Positions 1 to 9,763 of a DNA stretch of 63,636 nt are shown here, in pieces. The DNA lies in the NCBI GenBank assembly GCA_041667545.1, contig JBAYES010000005.1, positions 1 to 63,636 on the forward strand. The letters run 5' to 3'. Source of the stretch: Candidatus Omnitrophota bacterium (lineage in GTDB: Bacteria; Omnitrophota; Gorgyraeia; Tantalellales; Tantalellaceae). Each line of letters begins with the position of its first letter. Within the stretch, counting starts at the first letter, position 1. The notes under the pieces are model-generated. The model had not been told where the DNA came from, searched no databases, and saw only the letters and a program-made list of their open reading frames with translations. The translations under genes and the position numbers were made by a program.

Positions 1-118
1 TAATTAGCCATAAGGGGATCCTCCTTGTGTTTATTGGGTTTCAGAAGATTCAATTATAGCACAAGTTCTTGGATCCCTTTATTTTTTATGGTTTCTTACC
101 GTTTTTCCCCGGACAGCA

Positions 119-205
119 ATGATACGAAGGGCTTCACCCGCCTTCGGCGGGTTCGCAAAGACGGGCGTTTGGACGCTATGTTTCCGTGGAGAACTGAAAT
201 GTTAC
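119..205. mobile_element. Half copy (right arm only) of the type-A MITE-like element, ending ...AACTGAAATGTTAC
   Basis: Aligns almost base for base with the right arm of the full copy at about 11825-11909 (GATACGAAGGGCTTCACCCGCCTTCGGCGGGTTCGCAAAGACGGGCG...CTGAAATGTTAC). No left arm is present. Confidence 0.7.
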
Positions 206-245
206 GGGGGGTTTGTTATAAAAAAAATAGTTATTTAAAAATTTG

Positions 246-274
246 TTGACCTAACAGCGTCGCTTCGTTATTAT
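246..274 (+). promoter_or_regulatory. Sigma70-like promoter candidate upstream of the 1442-aa ORF
   Basis: TTGACC (246-251), 17-nt spacer, TATTAT (269-274), about 45 nt upstream of the ATG at 320. Confidence 0.45.
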
Positions 275-319
275 ATATAAGTATTTACTGGCATAACGAA
301 AAATTTTTAAAGTAATATT

Positions 320-3300
320 ATGGCTAACCTGCAAAAAACAAAAACGTATATCTTCAAGAAGATATGCGCAAGTATTATCTGTCTGATCCTCGCATATGAT
401 CCGGCCTGGACATTATCCCCACCATTATTAACAAAGCCAATACAAATAAAGGTTTCTTCCGAGGAACTCGGAAAATCTACTGGGCAGGATGATGCGGGAA
501 ACATTACGTTCAGCGATGTTTTTGATGACACGGATAAGGCTCATATGATCGATATACTTAAATACGCCAAACATGAGATAGATGCCGGTTCTCTTGATCC
601 TGAACTGCCGGTAGTTGCGCGTATAGTCGACAGGCACGGAAATACAGTAGTCACCAGCAGCAGAAAGGTAAGAGATATCAAGAGCAGATATGGGGTTAAT
701 GCTTTTCATGCAGAGGTTCAGGCTATCCGGGAAGCTGAAGCCAGAGGATTTAAGGACTGGTCAGGGGCAACAATGTATACCAACTTGGAATCCTGTTATA
801 ACTGTTCAAAAGCCCTGACAGAGTACTACGGGTTCGGCCGGGTTGTCTACGGATTGAAAGATACGACCCTTGAGGAGTCAGACGACTATACAGCGGGATA
901 CAAAAGAGAAAATGTTGTTTTAGCGGCATGTGACGATAAGGATATAACCGCACAACTCGAAACGTTATTCGCTGTAGCCCTTCAAAAACAATATAATCAG
1001 CCCTCCGTCAAGCCTATCATGCACGCGACCGGCCTTAAGGTTTCGGGAGCTTTTCGCGAGCTGTTACGAAAAAATTATGGAGAAGATGTCCAGATAGTGG
1101 CATTTAACGCAGACCTGTGGGTTGAAAAAGGGCGAAAAACTCCATGGATAGACCATCATGGCCAGGTAAAAGACACCGAAGAACGCGATATGTTCCGTCA
1201 TATAGAGTGGCACAAGCAGAATTTGAACCCGGCCAAAAAACACCTGCTCGTAATAGTCGGCGGGTATCAACATGCCGCAGAAGCGAGAGAAAAGATAATA
1301 AACGATGATATTTTCGAACACGAAAAAATAATCATTTATGAGCAGAGCCCTGATTTTAAATGGTTAGAATCAGATTTTACAATTGATCCCGATGTAGACA
1401 TGTCCCAATATTTGGGATACAGCCTGCATACGGGAACAGAACGTCGATTTAACAACTCTTACACGGTTGCCGCGATATGCCGGGCGATAGAAAAGAACAT
1501 TTCTCTTAATGACCGGGAAGCCATAAATAACATCTACACCTGGGTGACATCATCTCCGAGTGATGATGTAGAGATCACACTGGGATCCCATCAAGTGATG
1601 ATCGATATTCCCAAAGAGGGTCTGGCGGTAAGATATTTTGATCCCGCCGAGGCCAATATCGTTACGCCTTATTCCGATCTATCCGGACTTTTAACAAAGG
1701 TTGTCAGCTCTCGATTGCACAGGCAGGTCATAACCAGGATAAAAGCTTTGCCTTACACTTCAGCAGGCGCAGTGTATGGCGAGGAGTTGAGAGAAAAAGA
1801 ATTTTACCCTGATAACAGCGCAATAATTGAGCAAGCCTACTCTGATCTAAGCGAAAACAGTTTTTCTGATGATGATCAAAGAAATATGGCCGACCTCGTC
1901 AGAATTGCTAAAGAAAAAATTGAAAAGGCTGAACTTGATAGCCGATTGCCTGTAGTGGCAAGGATCGTTGATAAGAATGGCAATGTGATCGCAACATCTA
2001 CCAGAACTAAATTGAGTAAGCCAAGTAAATATGGAGTGAAAGCTCTTCATGCCGAAGTGTGCGTTATTCGTGAGGCAGAGGCCGCAGGATTTGCTGACTG
2101 GGCAAACGTGACGATGTATGTGTTGATCGATTCCTGCTACACGTGCTCTAGAGCCATTACGGAATTTTATCCTTTCAAACGAGTAGTATATGGTGTTGAG
2201 GATCCAACCCTTGCCTATCATTCCCGAAATAAAGAAGGTTACGCCGATAACGGAGTTGTATTGGTGGAATGTAGCGATGAATCTCTTCAACGAGAAATCC
2301 GATCCTTATTTAATACGATATTCCAGAACGAGCCGCGCGACACACCCTTAGGCCGGGAAATGATAGCCAGGGAAAAAGAAGCAGTAAAACATTTTCGCGA
2401 TGAATATCAGGAAATTTTCGGTGAAGATATTCAGGTTACAACTTTTTCCGCAGATTTATGGGCGAAAAATAAAATGGACAAAAAAACCAATGAATGCCTT
2501 TTTGCGCATCTTGAATGGTTTAAACAAGACCTTAATCCCAATAAAAAATATGTGCTGTTGATAATCGGCGAGGGAACGCATTGCGAAGAAGCTCGCCGTA
2601 AAATAATCAGCGAAGGTATTTTTAAAGACGAAAATATATTAATATACAAGCCGAATATATCGCCGAAGGCAGTTAGTAGTAAGCCTGTTAAGTTAGCGAT
2701 AATAGCGCCTCGTTCTATAAGAGGACACGGTGAAACTCTTCTCAATGCCTTTGGGGAAGTTGGGTCCGGTTTAGTAGAAGTTTCCATGGAAATACCCGGC
2801 CAGGAAGAAACAATATCGGCTTTTGCGGAGAGGATCAGGAAATCCGGCTACGACCTTGCCTTGGTCGCTCTTCATGGAGCGCACAATGAAGAACCGGTAG
2901 CTTTTGAGGATTTCGGATGCGACGTATGTCTTTTACCCATTCGCCCCGGGGAAGTTCTTCTCAGATCTCGCGAGGGAACTTACGACAGGGAAGCGTGGAA
3001 CAGAATTTTTAAAAAGGCCCGAGCCGTAATACTTCTTGGGAAAGCCAGGATCCCGGACTACGATCAATTATCCGACAGGGTAATGGCGGTTCCTCTCGGG
3101 TTCAGTAAAATACCGGACTCTCCGGCCAGGGATAAACACTTCGAGGAAGGTGTTGTTATAGGGGCTCGGACCTTATGGTCAGAAATGCGAAGCATGTATG
3201 ACATAAAAGCGCTTGTGCGTGAGATAAGGAGGCAGCAAGGGGATGGCAGCAAGACGTTCGGATACATCGCCGGGCGTTTCGACGAATACGCGCATCCCGA

Positions 3301-4648
3301 GACCCGGAAAATAGTCAATGAATTCGAGGAATTGAGGTCAAGTCCGGATTGTTTGATCTTGAATGCCGGGAAAATAGAAGAGGCCTACAAGAAAGAAGGA
3401 GGATTTAACGATCTGGCGTCATTCAAGCGGTGGATATCCGATAGACTTAAAGAAAAGGGGGCGATGGTAGTTATAGTGGAAGGGGATATCGAAGACGAAG
3501 AATTAAGAAGGCTGGAGGCTTCGATATTTGATTTCAGCAATGAAATGTATCACGAGATCATGCAGGGTTTTGCCCCGAAAGATGAATATTCCGCGGCCAT
3601 CCACAGAAACGCCGGGCAAAGCATAGCAATAGGGTTTGATTCTGATGCTATACGTGACATGAAAGATGAAGGAATCGGCATTATAAGCGTACAGTATGAG
3701 GATAATAAAGCGGATTTTGCCGCGGCCGCAAAGGAGATGATCTGGTATATAACTAACCCGTCTGAATATTATGCCAGGCTTGAAAGAACCTGGAATGCTG
3801 CCCGGAACTATACCACCAAACATATGGGACAACAATATCTGGATGTAGTGATAGAAGCGTTACATAACAAGGACGCGCGGCAGGACGCTGTTAAGAATTA
3901 CGCAGATTTCATAAACAAAAACAAATCTTTACTCCACAAACTGCTCGGCGAAAATAAAGAGGATACATTAGTAAGGGTTCCGATAGAAGCGATCGAATCT
4001 GTGGGAATAGACAATATAAGAGACTTCCTTGAGACATTGCAAACAGCGCCTAACGGGTATGTTGAATTGTTCTACATGACAGGTATCGACGAAATCCCAG
4101 GCAATATGTACGGAAAATATGGTCTGGAGAAAAAAGAATTGCCTAAAGAGTTCAAGCGCGCCAGAAAGAATACGATCACTTTGTTCCCGGCTTTTAAAGG
4201 AGAAGATATAGATCGATCGACCATAGGTTTAAGGCTTGGAAATGTTAACATCTCTCCGGACGATACCATTCTCTCCCCCATAGGACTGCAGAATGACCCC
4301 GCGGGCCTGATAAGGGCAACTATTTTTGGTCTGGCGATGATAGATGCGGCACGCTCCATAAAAGAGCCGCTGTGGCGTGTGAAGGCACAAAAACCCAAGG
4401 AATACAGGGCTCTAATGGATCGGATCCAGACGGCATTAGAATCTTATAAGTCTGTGTGCGATCCAGATGCGCCATTTGAGTTCACGCAGAGAGAAATGGA
4501 GGATATGTTCGGACTTATTTCGGGCGACATAAATTCCATAGTACGTTCCCTTAACAAGCTTATTAAACTTCTTCCCATTACACCGTTAAACGCCGAAGAA
4601 TTACGCAAGATCTACGAGCGTACAAGGGCAGTTCTAATGGCCGCATAA
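320..4648 (+). CDS. Giant multidomain protein with two CDA-fold (TadA/dCMP-deaminase-like) zinc-deaminase domains, a possible GT-B glycosyltransferase-like region and an unassigned C-terminal region
   Basis: Uninterrupted 1442-aa ORF. H-A-E at nt 707-715 and 2048-2056. C-x-x-C (SCYNC, SCYTC) at nt 794-805 and 2135-2146. Each deaminase domain is followed by a second duplicated module (EDVQIVAFNADLW...LLVIVGGYQHAAEAREKII versus EDIQVTTFSADLW...VLLIIGEGTHCEEARRKII). One N-terminal hydrophobic segment (ICASIICLILAY). Confidence 0.8.
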   Translation: MANLQKTKTYIFKKICASIICLILAYDPAWTLSPPLLTKPIQIKVSSEELGKSTGQDDAGNITFSDVFDDTDKAHMIDILKYAKHEIDAGSLDPELPVVARIVDRHGNTVVTSSRKVRDIKSRYGVNAFHAEVQAIREAEARGFKDWSGATMYTNLESCYNCSKALTEYYGFGRVVYGLKDTTLEESDDYTAGYKRENVVLAACDDKDITAQLETLFAVALQKQYNQPSVKPIMHATGLKVSGAFRELLRKNYGEDVQIVAFNADLWVEKGRKTPWIDHHGQVKDTEERDMFRHIEWHKQNLNPAKKHLLVIVGGYQHAAEAREKIINDDIFEHEKIIIYEQSPDFKWLESDFTIDPDVDMSQYLGYSLHTGTERRFNNSYTVAAICRAIEKNISLNDREAINNIYTWVTSSPSDDVEITLGSHQVMIDIPKEGLAVRYFDPAEANIVTPYSDLSGLLTKVVSSRLHRQVITRIKALPYTSAGAVYGEELREKEFYPDNSAIIEQAYSDLSENSFSDDDQRNMADLVRIAKEKIEKAELDSRLPVVARIVDKNGNVIATSTRTKLSKPSKYGVKALHAEVCVIREAEAAGFADWANVTMYVLIDSCYTCSRAITEFYPFKRVVYGVEDPTLAYHSRNKEGYADNGVVLVECSDESLQREIRSLFNTIFQNEPRDTPLGREMIAREKEAVKHFRDEYQEIFGEDIQVTTFSADLWAKNKMDKKTNECLFAHLEWFKQDLNPNKKYVLLIIGEGTHCEEARRKIISEGIFKDENILIYKPNISPKAVSSKPVKLAIIAPRSIRGHGETLLNAFGEVGSGLVEVSMEIPGQEETISAFAERIRKSGYDLALVALHGAHNEEPVAFEDFGCDVCLLPIRPGEVLLRSREGTYDREAWNRIFKKARAVILLGKARIPDYDQLSDRVMAVPLGFSKIPDSPARDKHFEEGVVIGARTLWSEMRSMYDIKALVREIRRQQGDGSKTFGYIAGRFDEYAHPETRKIVNEFEELRSSPDCLILNAGKIEEAYKKEGGFNDLASFKRWISDRLKEKGAMVVIVEGDIEDEELRRLEASIFDFSNEMYHEIMQGFAPKDEYSAAIHRNAGQSIAIGFDSDAIRDMKDEGIGIISVQYEDNKADFAAAAKEMIWYITNPSEYYARLERTWNAARNYTTKHMGQQYLDVVIEALHNKDARQDAVKNYADFINKNKSLLHKLLGENKEDTLVRVPIEAIESVGIDNIRDFLETLQTAPNGYVELFYMTGIDEIPGNMYGKYGLEKKELPKEFKRARKNTITLFPAFKGEDIDRSTIGLRLGNVNISPDDTILSPIGLQNDPAGLIRATIFGLAMIDAARSIKEPLWRVKAQKPKEYRALMDRIQTALESYKSVCDPDAPFEFTQREMEDMFGLISGDINSIVRSLNKLIKLLPITPLNAEELRKIYERTRAVLMAA

Positions 4649-4847
4649 TTGCATATTGTCAAAAAAGCTCCCGTTTATCTCTAAAACCGCCTTTAGTCAA
4701 CTTCCCTCAGGCAATTTCATATTTCCGCTGTAATGGGAATGTATGAATAGGAACAATCGTAGAGAGCAGGGCCGGATATTGCCGTTGACAACGAGGCGCG
4801 CATAGTTGCGGAGAATGTCAAATTCAGGTGTTGGTCCCAAGGGGCAA

Positions 4848-5813
4848 CTATTGGAGTTTTTCAATGACCCACCAGTAGGCCGGAATGCCGATGACAATAT
4901 TCAGCGGGAATGTGATGCCGAGGCTCATAGTCAGATATTTTGCCGGGTTTGCTTCGGGCAGAGCGTCCTTCAGGAGAGCGGGAGCGACAATGTAGGAGGC
5001 GGACGCGCAAAGTAATGTCATCAACAAACTGTCTCCGGGCTGGAATTTGAAAATATATGACAGGATCACAGCCACTATGCCGTTGAAGATCGGCGCGGCT
5101 ATCGCAAATACCAACAAAGGCAGGGGGAATGAGTCCATCTGTTTAAAACGGCGCCCTACTACGGTTCCCATGTAGAGCAGGAAAAAGACCAGCATTCCGG
5201 TGAACATGTCCCCGCCGATAAATGCCGACAGAGGCGAGTCTTGAGTGCCGAGAGCAGTGAGCAGATACCCGATGGCCATGCTGCCCATCATTACCAGCAT
5301 TGTTCCGTCCGTGAGGGCTTCGGCAATGATAGTCCGTGTAGATTTGCCTTTTTCTCCGGCATGAGCGGATATTCTTGCCATAATGATCGCGAAAAGAATT
5401 GCCGGAGTTTCCATAACGACCAGCGCAACTGTCATATATCCGCCATAGGCTATACCGGCTGAAGTCAAAAAGCCAGCGGCGGTTATATAGGTCAATGTGC
5501 TATTTGACCCATAAGTGGCGCCGATAGCCGCCGCATCAGCCGCGCCCTGGCTCCTGCGAAATATGAGATAGGAATAGATCGGCACGAGCGCGCTCATGGC
5601 TACAATAATTCCTATTATGATCAGCCCATCACCGAACATGTTAGAATGGTGTAAGCTCACTCCGCCCTTAAAACCGATAGAAAGCATCAGATAAAGGCTG
5701 ATAAACTTGACAACCGAGTCGGGGATCGTGAGATTAGATCCTATAAGTGTGGCTATCAGGCCAAGCAGGAAGAAAAGAATGCCGGGGTTCAGAACAGAGA
5801 AGAATGTGTCCAT
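4848..5813 (-). CDS. DUF897 / SbtA-like sodium-dependent bicarbonate transporter family permease
   Basis: 321-aa polytopic membrane ORF. The N-terminus MDTFFSVLNPGILFFLLGLIA...SLYLMLSIGFKGG is typical of the SbtA/DUF897 family as I recall it. Confidence 0.6.
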   Translation of the reverse strand: MDTFFSVLNPGILFFLLGLIATLIGSNLTIPDSVVKFISLYLMLSIGFKGGVSLHHSNMFGDGLIIIGIIVAMSALVPIYSYLIFRRSQGAADAAAIGATYGSNSTLTYITAAGFLTSAGIAYGGYMTVALVVMETPAILFAIIMARISAHAGEKGKSTRTIIAEALTDGTMLVMMGSMAIGYLLTALGTQDSPLSAFIGGDMFTGMLVFFLLYMGTVVGRRFKQMDSFPLPLLVFAIAAPIFNGIVAVILSYIFKFQPGDSLLMTLLCASASYIVAPALLKDALPEANPAKYLTMSLGITFPLNIVIGIPAYWWVIEKLQ

Positions 5814-5969
5814 AGTTTTGTCTGATCCTTGATCAGAGGGCTATAAGAATCGGATCAATTTCTTCCAGATCCAACGCTATTATAATTCAGGGCAGATCGA
5901 TAACGCTTAATTCTTACGCGATAGGCCGCACTAAGTCTTCGGAACATTTATTGCGATAACCCTATCATT

Positions 5970-6503
5970 TTATTTATGCGCCCGGATCCATTGTGCCGCG
6001 ACAAAAATATTTCCGGCTATGTAGTTCGGCTGTTCTATTAATTCATTTCTATGTTTTTTCCCGTGCCCTGTCAGGACATATACCGATCGCGCCCCTACGG
6101 AGACAGCCATTTCAATATCATGCGGATGATCTCCGACCACAAAAGATCGTTTTAAGTCAATATCATATTCTTTTGCCGCTTGCTTTAGAAAATAGGGGCT
6201 TGGTTTACGGCAAAAACAACGGTTATCCGGAAGGTGCGGGCAATAATATGTTTTTTTTATGGTGATGCCGTTTTCATGCAGGAGATCTTCTATCTCTCTG
6301 TTAAATAATATCAGATCAGCCTCAAAAAATATCTTCCGGGCAACCCCGGATTGATTGGTAACAATAAACAGCTCGAAATCATTCTGAACAAGCTTTAACG
6401 CATCAACGGCTTTGGGTATAAAGTGAAATTGATCCATGGAGCAAAAATATCCGACATCCTCGTTTATTGTTCCGTCACGATCGAAAAAAACCGCTCTTTT
6501 CAT
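5970..6503 (-). CDS. gmhB: HAD-IIIA phosphatase, D,D-heptose 1,7-bisphosphate phosphatase (GmhB)-like
   Basis: FFDRDGTIN (DxDGT nucleophile motif), VTNQSG, the Zn-site-like CPH...CFCRKP, and GD..HD near the C-terminus. Confidence 0.7.
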   Translation of the reverse strand: MKRAVFFDRDGTINEDVGYFCSMDQFHFIPKAVDALKLVQNDFELFIVTNQSGVARKIFFEADLILFNREIEDLLHENGITIKKTYYCPHLPDNRCFCRKPSPYFLKQAAKEYDIDLKRSFVVGDHPHDIEMAVSVGARSVYVLTGHGKKHRNELIEQPNYIAGNIFVAAQWIRAHK

Positions 6504-6512
6504 GCGCTATCC

Positions 6513-6974
6513 TCACTTTCTGGTTTTTAAAGATTCCCTGTGTTCCGCAAGTTTCTCACGCAGGACATCATCACTTAAAGACATTATCCGCGCCGCATAT
6601 ATGGCGGCATTTACCGCTCCGCTTGATCCTATGGCCATGCAGCCTACGGGGATCCCTTTCGGCATTTGTACGATCGAATGTAAAGCGTCTACTCCGTTCA
6701 ACGCGCCTCCCGTCATCGGCACGCCAATAACGGGGAGTAATGTCTGCGCCGCCGCGCATCCAGGCAATGCCGCAGCCATTCCGGCGCCGGCAATAATAAC
6801 TGAAAACTCTTTTTCATCCAAAGACTTAATATAATCATGCAGGGCCTCAGGATCCCTGTGGGCGGATAATACCTTAAAATCATATTGGATATCAAATTGC
6901 TTTAAGACCTCGAGGCCTTTTTCCATTTGCTCTTTGTCCGACATTGAACCGACAATTACCGCGACCTTTTTCAT
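6513..6974 (-). CDS. purE: N5-carboxyaminoimidazole ribonucleotide mutase
   Basis: 153 aa. VAVIVGSMSD...VLSAHR...IIAGAGMAAALPG...IGVP are classic PurE motifs. purC is in the same operon. Confidence 0.9.
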   Translation of the reverse strand: MKKVAVIVGSMSDKEQMEKGLEVLKQFDIQYDFKVLSAHRDPEALHDYIKSLDEKEFSVIIAGAGMAAALPGCAAAQTLLPVIGVPMTGGALNGVDALHSIVQMPKGIPVGCMAIGSSGAVNAAIYAARIMSLSDDVLREKLAEHRESLKTRK

Positions 6975-7015
6975 GTTTTTCTCCTTTTTTGTTATGAGCT
7001 CCGGCGAATATCAAA

Positions 7016-7531
7016 CTACAGGTTCTCAATTTTGAAAACGCCCGTTTCGTAGTTGAATATAAAGAACTTTTTTATCGGGAGCGAATATTTCTTTTCCATT
7101 GCCCCGAGGTTCTTGAGAATAACGTTCCCGCGGGACTTTTCTTTAAAGGCGGGGAAGAATATCTGCCCGACCTTATTTTTGCCGTGCAATTTTCCCCGGC
7201 AGCCATGCGATAATGTCCGCAGCAAAAAATCAAGTTGTTGAAGACGTTTGTTTTTTCCGCCGGGGTCATAATCGATCGCGCATAATGACCAAACGCCCGA
7301 AAGCCCGAAAGAATCTATGATGTTCAACTCATTCGGCAGCAGCAGAGAGCTGTCTGCAAAAACCCCGAGAATATCAACGGTAGAGGCCGGTTTTTTTGCG
7401 GTTTTTTGTTTGTTTTGAAATATGAGGAGCTGATGCACCTCGCGCCATATTTTATGAAAAACCGCTAAGTCCCGAACAACTAATAAAAATAGCGGTTCAT
7501 TCTTCCGATCCATCGATCCCCTCGCCGGCAT
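7016..7531 (-). CDS. Hypothetical protein between purC and purE
   Basis: 171-aa ORF abutting the purC stop with no gap, on the same strand as the operon. I recognise no family motif. Confidence 0.4.
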   Translation of the reverse strand: MPARGSMDRKNEPLFLLVVRDLAVFHKIWREVHQLLIFQNKQKTAKKPASTVDILGVFADSSLLLPNELNIIDSFGLSGVWSLCAIDYDPGGKNKRLQQLDFLLRTLSHGCRGKLHGKNKVGQIFFPAFKEKSRGNVILKNLGAMEKKYSLPIKKFFIFNYETGVFKIENL

Positions 7532-8488
7532 TTATAGACCGCCTTTCATGACTTGTCCATTATCGGCAAACTCGATCTCCTCCGTCCCGGCTAACTTCTT
7601 AAAAATATCACGATAGATCATGGATGTTTTTGCGGCTATTTCCTCGGGTAATTCCGGGCCGGGAGGTGTTTTCCGCCAATCCAAAGACTCAAGATAATCC
7701 CGGACATACTGTTTGTCCAAGCTCAACTGCTCTTTTCCCGGCTGATATGAGTTAGCAGGCCAGAACCTTGAACTGTCGGGGGTCAGGACCTCGTCGATAA
7801 GCACGACTTTATCGTTAATGAGGCCAAATTCAAACTTGGTATCCGCGATCAAAATCCCCTTTGTTCCGGCAAATTCAACAGCCTCTCTATAAAGGCGCAA
7901 TGAAATATCCCGTACTTGTCCCGCGAGATCATTTCCGAGTAAAGTCTCAGCTTCAGCATAACTTATATTCACATCATGCCCGACAACCGCTTTAGTGGAA
8001 GGAGTAAATATCGGCTCAGGCAGCCAATCGCATTTTTTTAGTCCTGAGGGCAGAACATGACCGCAAACTTTTCCCGTTTTTTGATAATCCTTCCATCCCG
8101 AGCCAACCAGAAACCCCCGCACAATACATTCGATCGGTAAAGGTTTGGCCCGATATGCCAGCACGGACCTGCCTTCAAGGATGTGCCCAAAATCACTTAA
8201 TAATTTATTACCCAACCCCATGTTATTTATATCGGTTGTTATCAAAGGGTTTGACACCACATGTTTTAATTTGTTAAACCAGAATAATGAAATTTGATTG
8301 AGAACCCGGCCTTTGTAAGGGATGGGGGTAGGCATGACGACATCGAAGGCGCTGATGCGGTCGCTTGTAACCAGCAAAAGCTTATCTTCGTCTATAGCAT
8401 AAATGTCTCTGACTTTACCCCGGGCTATTAAAGGCAGAGGCAGATCTGTTTCTAAAACAACTTCGTGTTTTTCCGTCTTGATGCCCAT
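7532..8488 (-). CDS. purC: Phosphoribosylaminoimidazole-succinocarboxamide (SAICAR) synthase, long form
   Basis: 318 aa. GKVRDIY...LLLVTSDRISAFD...ADTKFEFG...LIDEVLTPDSSRFW are conserved PurC motifs. Confidence 0.9.
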   Translation of the reverse strand: MGIKTEKHEVVLETDLPLPLIARGKVRDIYAIDEDKLLLVTSDRISAFDVVMPTPIPYKGRVLNQISLFWFNKLKHVVSNPLITTDINNMGLGNKLLSDFGHILEGRSVLAYRAKPLPIECIVRGFLVGSGWKDYQKTGKVCGHVLPSGLKKCDWLPEPIFTPSTKAVVGHDVNISYAEAETLLGNDLAGQVRDISLRLYREAVEFAGTKGILIADTKFEFGLINDKVVLIDEVLTPDSSRFWPANSYQPGKEQLSLDKQYVRDYLESLDWRKTPPGPELPEEIAAKTSMIYRDIFKKLAGTEEIEFADNGQVMKGGL

Positions 8489-8506
8489 ATTAACCTCCTG
8501 TTTGCG

Positions 8507-9703
8507 TTATTGCGCGACATAGTCCGACCTTTGTAACGGTCTTCTTAATAACAAGCATATTAGAACGGCCCCGATCAGCGCCAGGGCGCCGGCAAAATTG
8601 AAAGCCGATAGATAACTCTTGGTCGTGTCATGTACCATGCCCCCTATCAGCGGACCAAAGAAACACCCGATCCCGTACCCGATAAAAATAAACCCGTAAT
8701 TAGCCGCGAAATCCCTTCGCCCGAAATATTCCGCCGTTAGCGCGGGATAAACGGCTAAAAATCCGCCGAAGCACAGGCCTATTGCCATAGACAGCGCATA
8801 AATAACGGGCAAAATCTCAGCATGATATAAAGCGAACATCATTAGCGATATCAAAGTAAATAACAAAATAAGGGTTTTTTTTCCGCCCCAAAGATCAGAC
8901 GCGTGACCAAATACGATTCTGCCGATACCGTTAAAAACAGACAAAATAGTCAGGGCCAACGCGCCTTGCATCGCTGTAAATCCTTTATCTGCAATGAACG
9001 CTATCAAATGGCCTATAGTCATCATCCCGGCGACCATGGATATGAAATATGTAAAGAACATTATGCGGAAAGAATTGGTGAGGAGCATTTCCATCGGGGA
9101 AAAAGCCGCGTTGGTTATTTTTACGCCATTTTCCGAATTGTTCGATGCGGTTGGAGGTTTTAAAAATTGAGCCGCGGCGGTAATAATAAAGCCGAACACT
9201 ATACCGGAAACCGCCATTGTTGCCCGCCATCCATACGCGTCGATCAGTTTTGTCATAAGAGGCGACAGAAATGCGGTTCCAAATCCGAAACCGAACACAA
9301 TGATACCCGTTATTAAACCTTTTTTGTCGGGAAACCATTTGATCCCGCTGGCAACGGAAGGCATATAGCTTAATCCCGTACCTATTCCGCCAATAAGTCC
9401 GTAGCCGAGGTACAGCCCGAGCGGCGTATGAGCAAAAGAAGCCAGTACCCATCCCGTCCCGACAAGGACGCCCCCTATGCCGGCCGTTTTATGAGATCCG
9501 ATCTTTTTTTCCAAAAGCCCGCCGATCACCATAAAAACGGAAAAAACCAGAAGAAGCAGCGATACCGAAAAGGATATTTTTGCCCGGCCCCATCCCATTT
9601 CCCGGTCGATGGGAATTAGAAAAACACCCCATGAGTACGCTACTCCCAGGCACAGCATAATAACGACACCGGCGAGTACCACCGGGTAATTCTTTGATCT
9701 CAT
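8507..9703 (-). CDS. MFS transporter (oxalate/formate antiporter-like subfamily)
   Basis: 398 aa with a pattern of about 12 hydrophobic helices and glycine-rich loops typical of MFS. The subfamily call is tentative. Confidence 0.65.
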   Translation of the reverse strand: MRSKNYPVVLAGVVIMLCLGVAYSWGVFLIPIDREMGWGRAKISFSVSLLLLVFSVFMVIGGLLEKKIGSHKTAGIGGVLVGTGWVLASFAHTPLGLYLGYGLIGGIGTGLSYMPSVASGIKWFPDKKGLITGIIVFGFGFGTAFLSPLMTKLIDAYGWRATMAVSGIVFGFIITAAAQFLKPPTASNNSENGVKITNAAFSPMEMLLTNSFRIMFFTYFISMVAGMMTIGHLIAFIADKGFTAMQGALALTILSVFNGIGRIVFGHASDLWGGKKTLILLFTLISLMMFALYHAEILPVIYALSMAIGLCFGGFLAVYPALTAEYFGRRDFAANYGFIFIGYGIGCFFGPLIGGMVHDTTKSYLSAFNFAGALALIGAVLICLLLRRPLQRSDYVAQ

Positions 9704-9763
9704 TCCGCTGCTCCCCGTTTAATGTCCTGAAACCTGCAAAATCAATTCAACTTTCCGTATCCT

